From an uncultured bacterium (GTDB taxonomy: Bacteria; Actinomycetota; Acidimicrobiia; Spongiisociales; UBA5794), in assembly GCA_963801165.1 (NCBI GenBank), contig CAWDDT010000006.1:32001-96000 (forward strand): a stretch of 64,000 nt of DNA, given 5' to 3'. The position numbers and the translations under genes are program-made. Positions 30,487-39,668 of the stretch are shown piece by piece (position 1 is the stretch's first letter; each line of letters begins with the position of its first letter). Under the pieces are notes generated by a model. That model saw only the letters and a program-made list of their open reading frames with translations. It was not told where the DNA came from and ran no database searches.

Positions 30487-30835
30487 TAGTGCCTCCCGGC
30501 CGGCGACCGAAAGCGGTCACCATATGCCATTGTCCCACACCCGGCGGTCCAGAGCACGCGACATCGGATCGATTAGAGCGTAGAGATAAGAGCCGTGTCC
30601 GGGTGCGCCTATCAATGCGGCGCACAGCATAAGCAGTCCCCGTCGCCCGTCGCCACCGATTCCCGTCTTGCAGGTGGGGATCAACGTCCGCTCTCTTCAT
30701 GCCATCCGCTGCAAGCACCAACCGAGTCTGGAGCTGCTGGCTCTCAGCTTCAGCCGACCACGTCCCGGAGAAGCGAATCCCAATGCTCTTTTGCCCGTCT
30801 AGTCCATGGACCAAGCGTCGACGCTTCGCCGCACC

Positions 30836-31210
30836 CTATGGCTCGGGGTCCGTTTGGACCGCGGTTTTCTGTTTGAGTAGCGCCGAGATTCTCTGGCGGG
30901 TGACGCTGAAGAGCGCTGCGATGGTCTCGATGGTGAGTCCTTCGGCTCGCAAGGCGAGGGCTTCGGCGGCTCGGAACTCGGCGCCGGCGGTTTCCAGAGT
31001 GGCCATGTTGGTTGATATCAATTCGACCATGCGGGGGGTGTCCTCGGCCTCGATCAACTCGACGAGGCTTTCTCCTGCTTGAAGTCGCCGACGGAGATGG
31101 TGAGCACGTCGCTGGAGCTGGCGGTTGCGCTCGACGTTGTCCGCAACGGCGGCTTCGATGTCGGTGAGGGCATCGAGGAGTCGCCCGATCGGTGCATCGT
31201 GTGTGGCCAT
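30836..31210 (-). CDS. Small protein with C-terminal HTH
   Basis: LRAEGLTIETIAALFSVTRQRISALL HTH after a helical N-terminus. Confidence 0.7.
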   Translation of the reverse strand: MATHDAPIGRLLDALTDIEAAVADNVERNRQLQRRAHHLRRRLQAGESLVELIEAEDTPRMVELISTNMATLETAGAEFRAAEALALRAEGLTIETIAALFSVTRQRISALLKQKTAVQTDPEP

Positions 31211-31313
31211 TGGCGCGAGTAAAGCAGGCGCAATCCCCCATGTCAACGGCTATAGCCGAAATAGCTATTGCGACGAGACGACCGGGTCCGTATGCTTGCG
31301 TCTGTAACCGAAG

Positions 31314-31589
31314 GTGCAGCTGAACATCGGAGTTGATGTGGCAATTGGAGTTTTCGGGTTCCTGGTCCTGCTGGCGGTGCTGGCCGGCATCGCTCTACCG
31401 ATCGTGGCGCTGGTCGATCTCGTTAGGCGCCCTGCCGCTACGTGGGCGTTGGCGGGTCACAATCAGCTCGTCTGGGCATTGATCATCGTGTTTGTAGGCT
31501 TCGTCGGACCGATCCTGTATCTGCTGATTGCGCGCCCCGCCCTCGATGTCGCGGAAGCGCGGCGCGAAGCGACGGCGGGCCCCGCATAA
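31314..31589 (+). CDS. PLDc N-terminal domain small membrane protein
   Basis: ALVDLVRRP...WALIIVFVGFVGPILYLL. Confidence 0.75.
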   Translation: MQLNIGVDVAIGVFGFLVLLAVLAGIALPIVALVDLVRRPAATWALAGHNQLVWALIIVFVGFVGPILYLLIARPALDVAEARREATAGPA

Positions 31590-31759
31590 TACGAACAAGA
31601 AGGTGCGCGACGAGAGCGAATCTTCTTGGAGGTGATCCTGTCGTCGAAGGCACCGAGGCCATCCACACCACACAACGGTGGCGTCGATAGAATCGGTTCG
31701 AATCGGTTTGAGGCGGGTTCCTTCCGGCGCCGACGCCGGCTGGCAGATCGGGAGACTCC

Positions 31760-33901
31760 ATGGTCGGGTTGGCGTCGCTGGCGGCGCCGCACGGGGCCGT
31801 TCTCGAGGTATTGATCTCGTTTACCGCGCTCTTGGTGAGTGCCAGGCTTCTCGGTGCGGTCGCTTTGAAATTGGGCCAGAGCTCTGTCGTCGGCGAGCTA
31901 CTCGCTGGCGTTGTGTTGGGGCCGTCGCTTGTCGGTCGGCTCTGGCCGCCGGTGACCGCCTGGTTTGCTCCGCGCACCGAGATCGGGGGGGCGCTGCTGG
32001 GGTTGGTTGGCCTTCTGGGTGCCATCTTCCTGTTGATGCTGACCGGTCTCGAGACGGATGTCGACCTCATTCGGAGGAATGCGCGTGTGGCGGCAGGCGT
32101 GGCCTTGGGGGGCCTCGTCTTGCCGTTTGGGCTCGGCTACCTGGTCGCGTATGCCGTTCCCGAGCGTCTCGTAGCGAACCCGGGAAGACCGGTCGTTTTT
32201 GCGCTCTTCTTCGCCACCGGGCTTGCCGTGTCGGCGATACCCGTCATCGCCAAGATCCTGTTGGATCTCGGGTTGATTCGGCGCAACTTCGGCCAGACAG
32301 TGCTGGCCGCCGGGATGATCGACGACACAGCGGCATGGATACTCCTTTCGGTGGTGCTCGCACTTGCGACTGAAGACTCCACATCACCATGGACCATGGC
32401 GCTGGCAGTTGCCCGAATTCTCTTGTTCATCAGCCTCACATTGTCGGTGGGTCGCTGGCTGGTCGACCGTGCCCTCGAACTCATCCAGGATCGGGGGTCT
32501 ACGCCGGACGGTGTTCTAACCCTCGCGGTAGCGGTTGCTTTAGGTTTTGGGGCGGTCGCCATGGCGTTCGGTATTGAAGCGGTCATGGGCGCATTTCTCG
32601 CCGGCGTTGTCCTTGGTCTGAACCCGCGCCTCCCGGTCGAGGTCGTGGGGCGTTTACACACGATGGCTTTGGCTGTTTTCGCACCGGTCTTCTTTGCGAT
32701 AGCCGGCCTCCAGGTCGACGTGTCGGTCCTGAGCGATGGAGCTACTCTCCGCATCGCGCTACTGACCATTGTCGTTGCTATCGTCGGCAAGTGTCTCGGG
32801 GCGGCGGCGGTTGCCCGGTGGATGGGCGTCGATGCATGGACTTCGCTCGCATATGGCGCAGCACTGAACGCTCGGGGTGCGATCGGGATCATCGTTGCGT
32901 CGATAGGGCTAGATCTGGGCATTCTGTCGAAAGAGATCTATGCGATCATCGTGCTGACCTCCGTGGTGACGTCGATGCTTGCTCCACCGCTCGTGCGCAG
33001 CTTTCTCCGACGGGTGGCAGTCGACAGCGAAGAGGACAAGCGTCTGACGCGGGAGGCTGCAGGGCCGATCCTAGGTCGAACCCCGCGCCGGATCCTTGTC
33101 CCAATACGGGCTCGGCCGGAGGTGGCTCCTGTCCACGAGGTGGCTTCTGAAGTGGTGCGGTCGATCAACCCGTCGGCTCAGGTGACACTTCTCACTGTCG
33201 TCGCCGATACAGAGTCGAGACCACTGGCCGCCGAGCTACTGGAAACGCTAGTTCCTCGCTTTCGTCCTGCATCGCCGCAATGCGTTGTGGATGTCGGCGA
33301 TGATCCGACAGCGGCGATCCTCCGCTTTGCCCAGACCGGGTTCGACCTGGTCGTTGTCGGTGCGCCCGAGACTGAGAGTGGCGAGGGGCTCTTCGACCCG
33401 GTTGTCGATACGGTGACGCGCCTTGCCCCCTGTCCTGTGCTCATCGTGGCCGGGCATGGGCTCGGGTTCGTTTCGTGGCCGCCGCGTCGGATCATGGTGC
33501 CGGTCGCTGGCACCGACACTTCGCTCGGGGCGGCCCGTCTCGCTTTGACGCTTGCCGAGGGCGCAGAGGTGAGTGCTGTGCACGTAGTTCCGCGATCGCG
33601 GTACGCCACGAGCGGTGCGCCTGGGCGGCTCCTGGAGAGGCGCGTGTCACTTGGGCGTGAGGTCGTCGCTGAGATCGAACAGCTCGGCAAGTCCTACGCC
33701 GCCACTGTGTCCGGCCATGTCCTGACGAGCAGCGGCGACTTTGTCGAGGACATTCTCGACGCGATCGCACGTCAAGATATCGATCTACTCGTCATGGGCA
33801 GCAGCCTGCGCCCCGGATCCGCCCGGCTTCACCTCGGACCAAGAGTGGAGGAGATCCTGCAACTCGCTCCATGCCCCGTGCTGCTCGTCAACGCCACGTG
33901 A
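31760..33901 (+). CDS. CPA2 cation:proton antiporter with two C-terminal USP domains
   Basis: VVGELLAGVVLGPS, TGLETD, AGMIDD, NARG; RRILVP/RRIMVP, DLVVVG/DLLVMG and APCPVL USP motifs. Confidence 0.9.
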   Translation: MVGLASLAAPHGAVLEVLISFTALLVSARLLGAVALKLGQSSVVGELLAGVVLGPSLVGRLWPPVTAWFAPRTEIGGALLGLVGLLGAIFLLMLTGLETDVDLIRRNARVAAGVALGGLVLPFGLGYLVAYAVPERLVANPGRPVVFALFFATGLAVSAIPVIAKILLDLGLIRRNFGQTVLAAGMIDDTAAWILLSVVLALATEDSTSPWTMALAVARILLFISLTLSVGRWLVDRALELIQDRGSTPDGVLTLAVAVALGFGAVAMAFGIEAVMGAFLAGVVLGLNPRLPVEVVGRLHTMALAVFAPVFFAIAGLQVDVSVLSDGATLRIALLTIVVAIVGKCLGAAAVARWMGVDAWTSLAYGAALNARGAIGIIVASIGLDLGILSKEIYAIIVLTSVVTSMLAPPLVRSFLRRVAVDSEEDKRLTREAAGPILGRTPRRILVPIRARPEVAPVHEVASEVVRSINPSAQVTLLTVVADTESRPLAAELLETLVPRFRPASPQCVVDVGDDPTAAILRFAQTGFDLVVVGAPETESGEGLFDPVVDTVTRLAPCPVLIVAGHGLGFVSWPPRRIMVPVAGTDTSLGAARLALTLAEGAEVSAVHVVPRSRYATSGAPGRLLERRVSLGREVVAEIEQLGKSYAATVSGHVLTSSGDFVEDILDAIARQDIDLLVMGSSLRPGSARLHLGPRVEEILQLAPCPVLLVNAT

Positions 33902-34082
33902 GCGCGTACTTCCACACCCACCACTATCCCGCCGACCGGGTTTGTGTGGATCGAGGACCTTACGTTGACGGACAACGTGGCCGACATCCCGGCCCCGAAT
34001 ATTCCACCCACCGGGGGTCGACGAATCGCCCGCACCGCGACCGCAAAAGACGCCTGGAGAATCGGCTCAACTCCGGGAAGAT

Positions 34083-35315
34083 GTGACCGATCAGCTCGCG
34101 ATGGAACGCACCATTTCGCAGCGAGTTCGAACGCTCAGTTCACCGCTGGCTGTCCTTATCGCGGTCATCCTGTTCACTCTTGTCATCGGTCTCGACCTGG
34201 TTACTGGTCCCGAGTTGTCGTTTTCGTTCTTCTACCTACTGCCTGTTGTCTTCGTCTCACTGAGGTGGGGCACTCCTCAGGGGCAGGCTGCCGCGCTGGG
34301 AGCCGCCTCTGCCTGGTTCCTGATCGAGGTGTCGTCGGGCGGTCAACAGAACCACGCGCTCATACCTCTATGGAACGCCGCGGTGCGTTTCGGCTTCTTC
34401 AGCCTTGTCTCCTGGCTGCTCGACAGCCTCCACCTGGCGCTGGAGCGAGAGACCGCGCTAGCCCGGACAGACCCGCTCACCGGGCTCCCAAACCGGCGAG
34501 CGTTCAGTGAGCTCGCAGACCGTGAGCTGGCTCGCTCCGCACGGCTCGACGAGACTCTCGCCCTCGTGGTGATCGACCTCGACGACTTCAAACTCGTTAA
34601 CGACCGCCACGGACACGAGGGGGGAGACGAGGTGCTCTGCCGCTTCGCCGCCACCGCACGGCGGGCCCTCCGATCTGTCGATGTCATAGCTCGTACGGGC
34701 GGAGACGAGTTCGCGGTGCTCCTCCCCGATGTGGATGCTGCGACGACGGTCGGGGTACTGCAGCGTCTGCGAGGGGCACTCGGTTCTGAGGACGCGGGTG
34801 GTATCAGGTGCTCGATGGGTGTGGCGTGCCTAACTGGCGGCACCCTATCTGACGCTTTGCGGTCGGCGGACAAGGCCCTGTACGGGGCGAAGACAGCCGG
34901 AAAGGGATCCATTCTGCTCGTTGATCTTGTGTCGGAATCGCCACAGGACCCGCGATCGGTCGCTGCGGGATCCGCGGTCCCCGATGCGCTCGGCCAGCCG
35001 GACTGCACGTGGTCACCCGGCGGCTCCCGCGACCCGAGCGGTTCGATCTTCACCGCAGCGGGGTTTCTGGCGAGCTCAAGTGGGCCTGTAGCGGTGTGTG
35101 CCGGCAGCCCACCGAGTGGTAGAGAAGACGGTGGCACGGTGCGGACTCTGGAGGGTGTACCGCCGGACTCGGCGACCAGCTCTGGCGAGCCTGGGACCTG
35201 GGACCCATATCCGCAAGTGCTGATCAGGAGGAACGGAGACATGGTGGTCTACGACCAGGGGTCCAAGCCGGATCCGCAGCCGCGGCGAGGCGTCGTGGCT
35301 CATCTCGCGTCGTAG
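34083..35315 (+). CDS. Membrane-bound diguanylate cyclase (GGDEF)
   Basis: TDPLTGLPNRR, DLDDFKLVND.HGH..GD, RTGGDEF, ADKALY.AK; low-complexity C-terminal extension. Confidence 0.88.
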   Translation: MTDQLAMERTISQRVRTLSSPLAVLIAVILFTLVIGLDLVTGPELSFSFFYLLPVVFVSLRWGTPQGQAAALGAASAWFLIEVSSGGQQNHALIPLWNAAVRFGFFSLVSWLLDSLHLALERETALARTDPLTGLPNRRAFSELADRELARSARLDETLALVVIDLDDFKLVNDRHGHEGGDEVLCRFAATARRALRSVDVIARTGGDEFAVLLPDVDAATTVGVLQRLRGALGSEDAGGIRCSMGVACLTGGTLSDALRSADKALYGAKTAGKGSILLVDLVSESPQDPRSVAAGSAVPDALGQPDCTWSPGGSRDPSGSIFTAAGFLASSSGPVAVCAGSPPSGREDGGTVRTLEGVPPDSATSSGEPGTWDPYPQVLIRRNGDMVVYDQGSKPDPQPRRGVVAHLAS

Positions 35316-35438
35316 GTGGGTTGGGATCTGATCCGAGCGGCAACGTCAATTGTGATTGCAGTTGATGTCAAAGACCGGTCACCGGGACGCAGTACAGCCG
35401 TATAGTCCGTCGTGTCGCCACCTCGTCGAGAATTGAGC

Positions 35439-36578
35439 ATGTTCCCAACGGCGCAGCAAACCTGCTTCTTGATCGCGGACATCTCGGGCTACACCGGATA
35501 CCTAGCCGGCGTGGAACTCGATCATGCCCAGGACATCCTCGCGGACCTGATTGGTGCGGTGGTTTCCGCCCTGGGGCCTAACTTCGCCCTTGCCAAGCTC
35601 GAAGGCGACGCCGCCTTCACGTACTTGCCGGCGGATACGATCGACGGGTCGATGCTGCTCGACACTATCGAGCGCTGTTACTTCGGGTTTCGCCGTCGCC
35701 GGCGCGACGTGCGACAGGCGACGTTGTGTACTTGCGCGGCCTGCAGCCGCATCCCCGACCTCGATTTGAAGTTCGTCGTGCATCACGGCAGCGCAATCGT
35801 TCAGGAGGTTGCGGGGAGCCGCGAGCTCCTCGGGTCGGATGTGATCGTCGTCCACCGGATGCTCAAGAACGATGTGGCAGCCGACCTGGACATGGCCGCG
35901 TACGCACTGATCAGCCAGCAATGCATCGAAGTCGCCGGCCTCGATCCGGCGGCGCTGGCCATGCGACGCCACACCCAGATGTACGACGGAGTCGGCGAGG
36001 TGTCGGCATGGGCCCACGATCTGCACCGTCGCTGGGAAGAAGAGGAGGCTCGGGGGCGCGTCATCGTGACTCCCGACGAGTCGATCCTCACCGTGTCGAT
36101 ACCGACCCGTGTCCCGCCGCAGCTCGCATGGGAGTTCCTGACCAAACCCGGCCAGCGTATGTCGTGGCAACCGTGGGTGACGGCGGTGGAGACCAAGGGC
36201 GCCACCGGTGGGCGGCGCGGGATCGGGTCCGCCAACCACTGCATGCACGGGGCGGACTCGGTGATCGAGGAGATCCTCGACTGGCGCCCGTATGACTATG
36301 TGACCGACCGCACAATCATCGAGACGCCACATGGCCCGCTCCGGCTCCTCCACACGATCGAGTTCGAACCGACCGCGAGCGGAACGCTGATCCACTATCG
36401 GTTCGCTCCACCAGAGGCAGATGCGGAGCGGGAGCTCGCCGAGAAGGTGGGCAGTGAGTACGGCGCCGCCCTCCGCTCTTGTATCCCAGCACTCGTCGCA
36501 CAACTCGACGACGAGCTTGCGTCCCGTATCGCGGGCGGTGAGCCGGACCCCGACGCGGGCCGTGACGATGCCTGCTGA
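35439..36578 (+). CDS. DUF2652 (nucleotide cyclase-like) + SRPBCC domain protein
   Basis: IADISGYT, KLEGDA, CTCAAC, LKFVVHHG, VHRMLKN; C-terminal HCMHG..EEILDWRP. Confidence 0.82.
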   Translation: MFPTAQQTCFLIADISGYTGYLAGVELDHAQDILADLIGAVVSALGPNFALAKLEGDAAFTYLPADTIDGSMLLDTIERCYFGFRRRRRDVRQATLCTCAACSRIPDLDLKFVVHHGSAIVQEVAGSRELLGSDVIVVHRMLKNDVAADLDMAAYALISQQCIEVAGLDPAALAMRRHTQMYDGVGEVSAWAHDLHRRWEEEEARGRVIVTPDESILTVSIPTRVPPQLAWEFLTKPGQRMSWQPWVTAVETKGATGGRRGIGSANHCMHGADSVIEEILDWRPYDYVTDRTIIETPHGPLRLLHTIEFEPTASGTLIHYRFAPPEADAERELAEKVGSEYGAALRSCIPALVAQLDDELASRIAGGEPDPDAGRDDAC

Positions 36579-36664
36579 TCCGATGCCGTCCGCGACTGCG
36601 TGCACTGGAGCTCTTCAGCATCTTCCTAGCTAGGAGTGTGCTGAGTACACACCTCGATAGGGCT

Positions 36665-36775
36665 ACCGCCACGACGCCGATATCGCCCTTGGGCGGACCC
36701 GGCTGTGTCGATTGTGATGACGCCCCGAGCTTGCGTGAACTGGTAGCCCCCGCCGCCGACAGCCGAGCCGGGCTA
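36665..36775 (-). pseudogene. ~110-bp diverged fragment of a PSD-family gene
   Basis: Aligns by eye with 14407-14514 (GGGYQFTQARGVITIDT..GDIGVVAV). Confidence 0.75.
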
Positions 36776-36883
36776 GACAGAATCGGTGGTTCGCGAGACT
36801 TCGAGAAGCGGCAACTTTCGGGACCAGCCTCTATATCCGCGGGCTAGGCTCAGATCACCAAACCTTTCCAACTGGGGTGTTTC

Positions 36884-37693
36884 ATGTCCATACAGGACGA
36901 TCGGGTCACCGCCTTCCACGGCCTCCATGCCGCAGGGTGCTTCGTCATGCCAAACCCGTGGGACATAGGAAGCGCGGTGGTCCTCGAACGGCTCGGCTTC
37001 AAGGCGCTGGCGACGACGAGTGCCGGCCACGCATGGACGGTGGGCCGCGCCGACAACCAACTGTTGCTCGAGCAGACGCTTGAGCATCTTCGTGAGGTCG
37101 TTGGTGCCGTGGACGTACCGGTGAATGCGGATTTCGAGGGCGGTTTTGCGGACGATCCCGAGTCCGTGGCCAGGAACGTGAAGCTCGCCGCGGCGACGGG
37201 GATTGCCGGTATCTCGATTGAGGATTCCACCGGTCGCGAGGCCGAGCCCCTGTACGACTTCGACCTCGCCGTCGAGCGAGTTCGAGCCGCGCGCCTGGCC
37301 ATCGACGAAAGCGGAACGGGTATCGTGCTCACCGGTCGATCCGAGGGGTTCGTATGCGGGCGCCCCGACATCGATGAGACGATCCGCAGGCTGCGAGCCT
37401 ATGCGGAAGCCGGAGCCGACTGCCTCTACGCTCCGCGGATCGACAGTGTCGAGCACGTCTCTGCGGTCGTCGCCGCGGCGGCGCCGAAGCCGGTGAACCT
37501 CCTGATCAACGCCCCCTTCATGACGGTCGCAGAGGCAGCGTCTCTGGGAGTACGTCGAATCAGTGTCGGGGGCACGCTGGCCCGTGCCGCGTGGGCCGGA
37601 TTCCTCGACGCGGCGAGGGAGATCTCGAGCGAAGGGACCTTCTCCCGGTTCGTAGGTTTGCCGAACGTCGATGCGCTGTTCGCCGGGCAATAG
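36884..37693 (+). CDS. Isocitrate lyase/PEP mutase family protein
   Basis: MPNPWD, ALATTSAG, PVNADFEGG, SIEDSTG, AYAEAGADCLYAP, GVRRISVG. Confidence 0.92.
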   Translation: MSIQDDRVTAFHGLHAAGCFVMPNPWDIGSAVVLERLGFKALATTSAGHAWTVGRADNQLLLEQTLEHLREVVGAVDVPVNADFEGGFADDPESVARNVKLAAATGIAGISIEDSTGREAEPLYDFDLAVERVRAARLAIDESGTGIVLTGRSEGFVCGRPDIDETIRRLRAYAEAGADCLYAPRIDSVEHVSAVVAAAAPKPVNLLINAPFMTVAEAASLGVRRISVGGTLARAAWAGFLDAAREISSEGTFSRFVGLPNVDALFAGQ

Positions 37694-37719
37694 CTGCGGA
37701 GCGCGGCGTCCCGGCACCG

Positions 37720-38373
37720 TCTCGCTGCTTTCGCCCCTGCTCCGGTGGCTAGAACAATGTGTCGACCGCAACGATGGTGATGCCTGTTGCCACAACCACT
37801 GGAGCGGGATGAGCGTTGCACCACGCAGGCGGCCCGCCGACCGGCGTATCGCCCACACGAGGAGTATGGCCGAGGCGACGAGATATGCGACGGCAACCGC
37901 ATAGCCAGGGGCCCTCTGCGCATAGCGGGGCAGTTCGGCGAACGCGATGCGGAATAGGAGCAGGGCAGTGAACCCGACGGAGAACACTGCAACCACGGTG
38001 GTCTCGTCACGAAACAATCGACCGCCGTGACCGCCTGAAACGGCGTCGTGGTAAGTGCGTGCGTCGGCGACGGCGACCGGCCAGCGGCGAAACCCCAGGT
38101 CAACGAGCCTCCCATGATGCCCGCCGCCAAGAGGGAAGAGAGCCCGACCGCTATGGCCGTGATCGGCGGCTCGGTCTGGGGAAGGTAGGTGTCCATGAGT
38201 GAGAAGAACTGCGTCTCGTAGTCAGACTCGCACTGAGCGCGCCGAGAAGCAGTACGGTCAGCACCATCGCCGTCCCCACACAGGAACTGGCCGCCAACGC
38301 GTCGTCCAGCCGCGGGTTGATCCCCTGAGGTCGACGAGTCATCGGAGGCACTCGGACATCTCACGCAATCCAA
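37720..38373 (-). pseudogene. Probable frameshifted membrane-protein gene
   Basis: Hydrophobic TM-like segments distributed over three frames; boundaries approximate. Confidence 0.35.
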
Positions 38374-38625
38374 ACCACATCGACTATGGGTTTAGGAGCG
38401 CACCGGCGGGGAGGATCGGTGGCGCCGGGATCCGCGCGCCGGTCGCGAGTTTCGCCTTGCGAAAGTGGGTAGGAGTCGTCCGAAAGTAGCACCTCGTGAT
38501 CGAACTTCTGGCTAGGTGAAGATGGGCACTTCCGCCGATGGCAACCACGAGCAGGTCGGGGACGATGCGAAGGTGGGCTGAAAGCGACACAAAGATGCCG
38601 GTCTTCGGTCTCGAGAGGTAGCAGG

Positions 38626-39423
38626 ATGACAGCGAGAGCAGTTGACAAGGATGCGTCGGCGCAGAAAGGACGGACTCAGGACAAGTCCCGTCTTGCGGTG
38701 GTGCGGCGGACCGGTGACTACCGGCGAAGCGCCATTTGGGTGGGCATCCTGTACATCATCGCGACAGTTGCTCCCGTTGTCTCTTTTGGTGCCTGGGGGA
38801 CGCTCACGGGCGGGCGCGGGATTCTCACCAACGCCGCCGGCCACGAGAGCCAGGTCATCACCTTCGTGTTGCTCAATTTGGCGATGGCCATCGCGGTTGC
38901 CGGTGTTGCGTTCATGATGTACCCGGTGCTGAGACGCATCACCGAGACGACGGTCGAGGAGGGTCTTGCCCATTGGTATGTCGGTACCAGGGTCACCGAG
39001 GGTGCGCTGTCCATCGTGGCATTGATTGCTGTTCTGGCCTTCCTCCCGCTGAGCCGGGATTTCATCACCGCGGGCACTCCGGCCGCGTCGTACTTCCAGA
39101 CCGGCGGGGCGGCGCTGCAATCGACGGTGGATCTGGCGTTTGCACTCGCAGGGACCGTAGTCGCCGTCGGTGCCGCGATGCTGTACTACCTGCTCTACCA
39201 ATCGAAACTCGTTCCTCGCTGGCTGTCCGGATGGGGCCTGGTGGCGGCACCGCTCTTCGTCGTGGCAAGTCTCTCTCTGCTCTGGACCGGGGATCCGAAC
39301 TCGACATTGTCCACGGTGTTTTACGCGCCGATGGGTGTACAGGAGATGGTGCTGGCCGTGTTGCTCATCGCACGAGGCTTCGACCCCACCCCCCTTGAGG
39401 CCCATGTGACCGAGCAGAGGTAG
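38626..39423 (+). CDS. DUF4386 family membrane protein
   Basis: GILYIIATVA, MYPVLR, LYQSKLVPRWLSGWG, QEMVLAVLLIARGF. Confidence 0.85.
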   Translation: MTARAVDKDASAQKGRTQDKSRLAVVRRTGDYRRSAIWVGILYIIATVAPVVSFGAWGTLTGGRGILTNAAGHESQVITFVLLNLAMAIAVAGVAFMMYPVLRRITETTVEEGLAHWYVGTRVTEGALSIVALIAVLAFLPLSRDFITAGTPAASYFQTGGAALQSTVDLAFALAGTVVAVGAAMLYYLLYQSKLVPRWLSGWGLVAAPLFVVASLSLLWTGDPNSTLSTVFYAPMGVQEMVLAVLLIARGFDPTPLEAHVTEQR

Positions 39424-39668
39424 CAGGGCAGTGGGCTTGGCACCAGGCGGTGGTGATCCGCCGGGCCGGCGGCAGGTACCACCCGGACATCGGTGTCCAC
39501 CGCTCCCTCGTTCAACCTTTTCGCGCTCGATACCACGCTGGGTCTGGCACCAGGTGCGAGTAAAAGCGATGTCCTCGACGCCGTCGCAAGTCACGTCCTG
39601 GCCGAGGCGACGCTGACGGGACGCTACGGCCGCTGACCGTCGCTCTCACATCGGAACCGGTGGCCCCG

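Noticed and set aside
34930-35315. Novel C-terminal domain on the GGDEF protein
   Set aside because: Low-complexity sequence without motifs; more likely read-through after a lost stop codon
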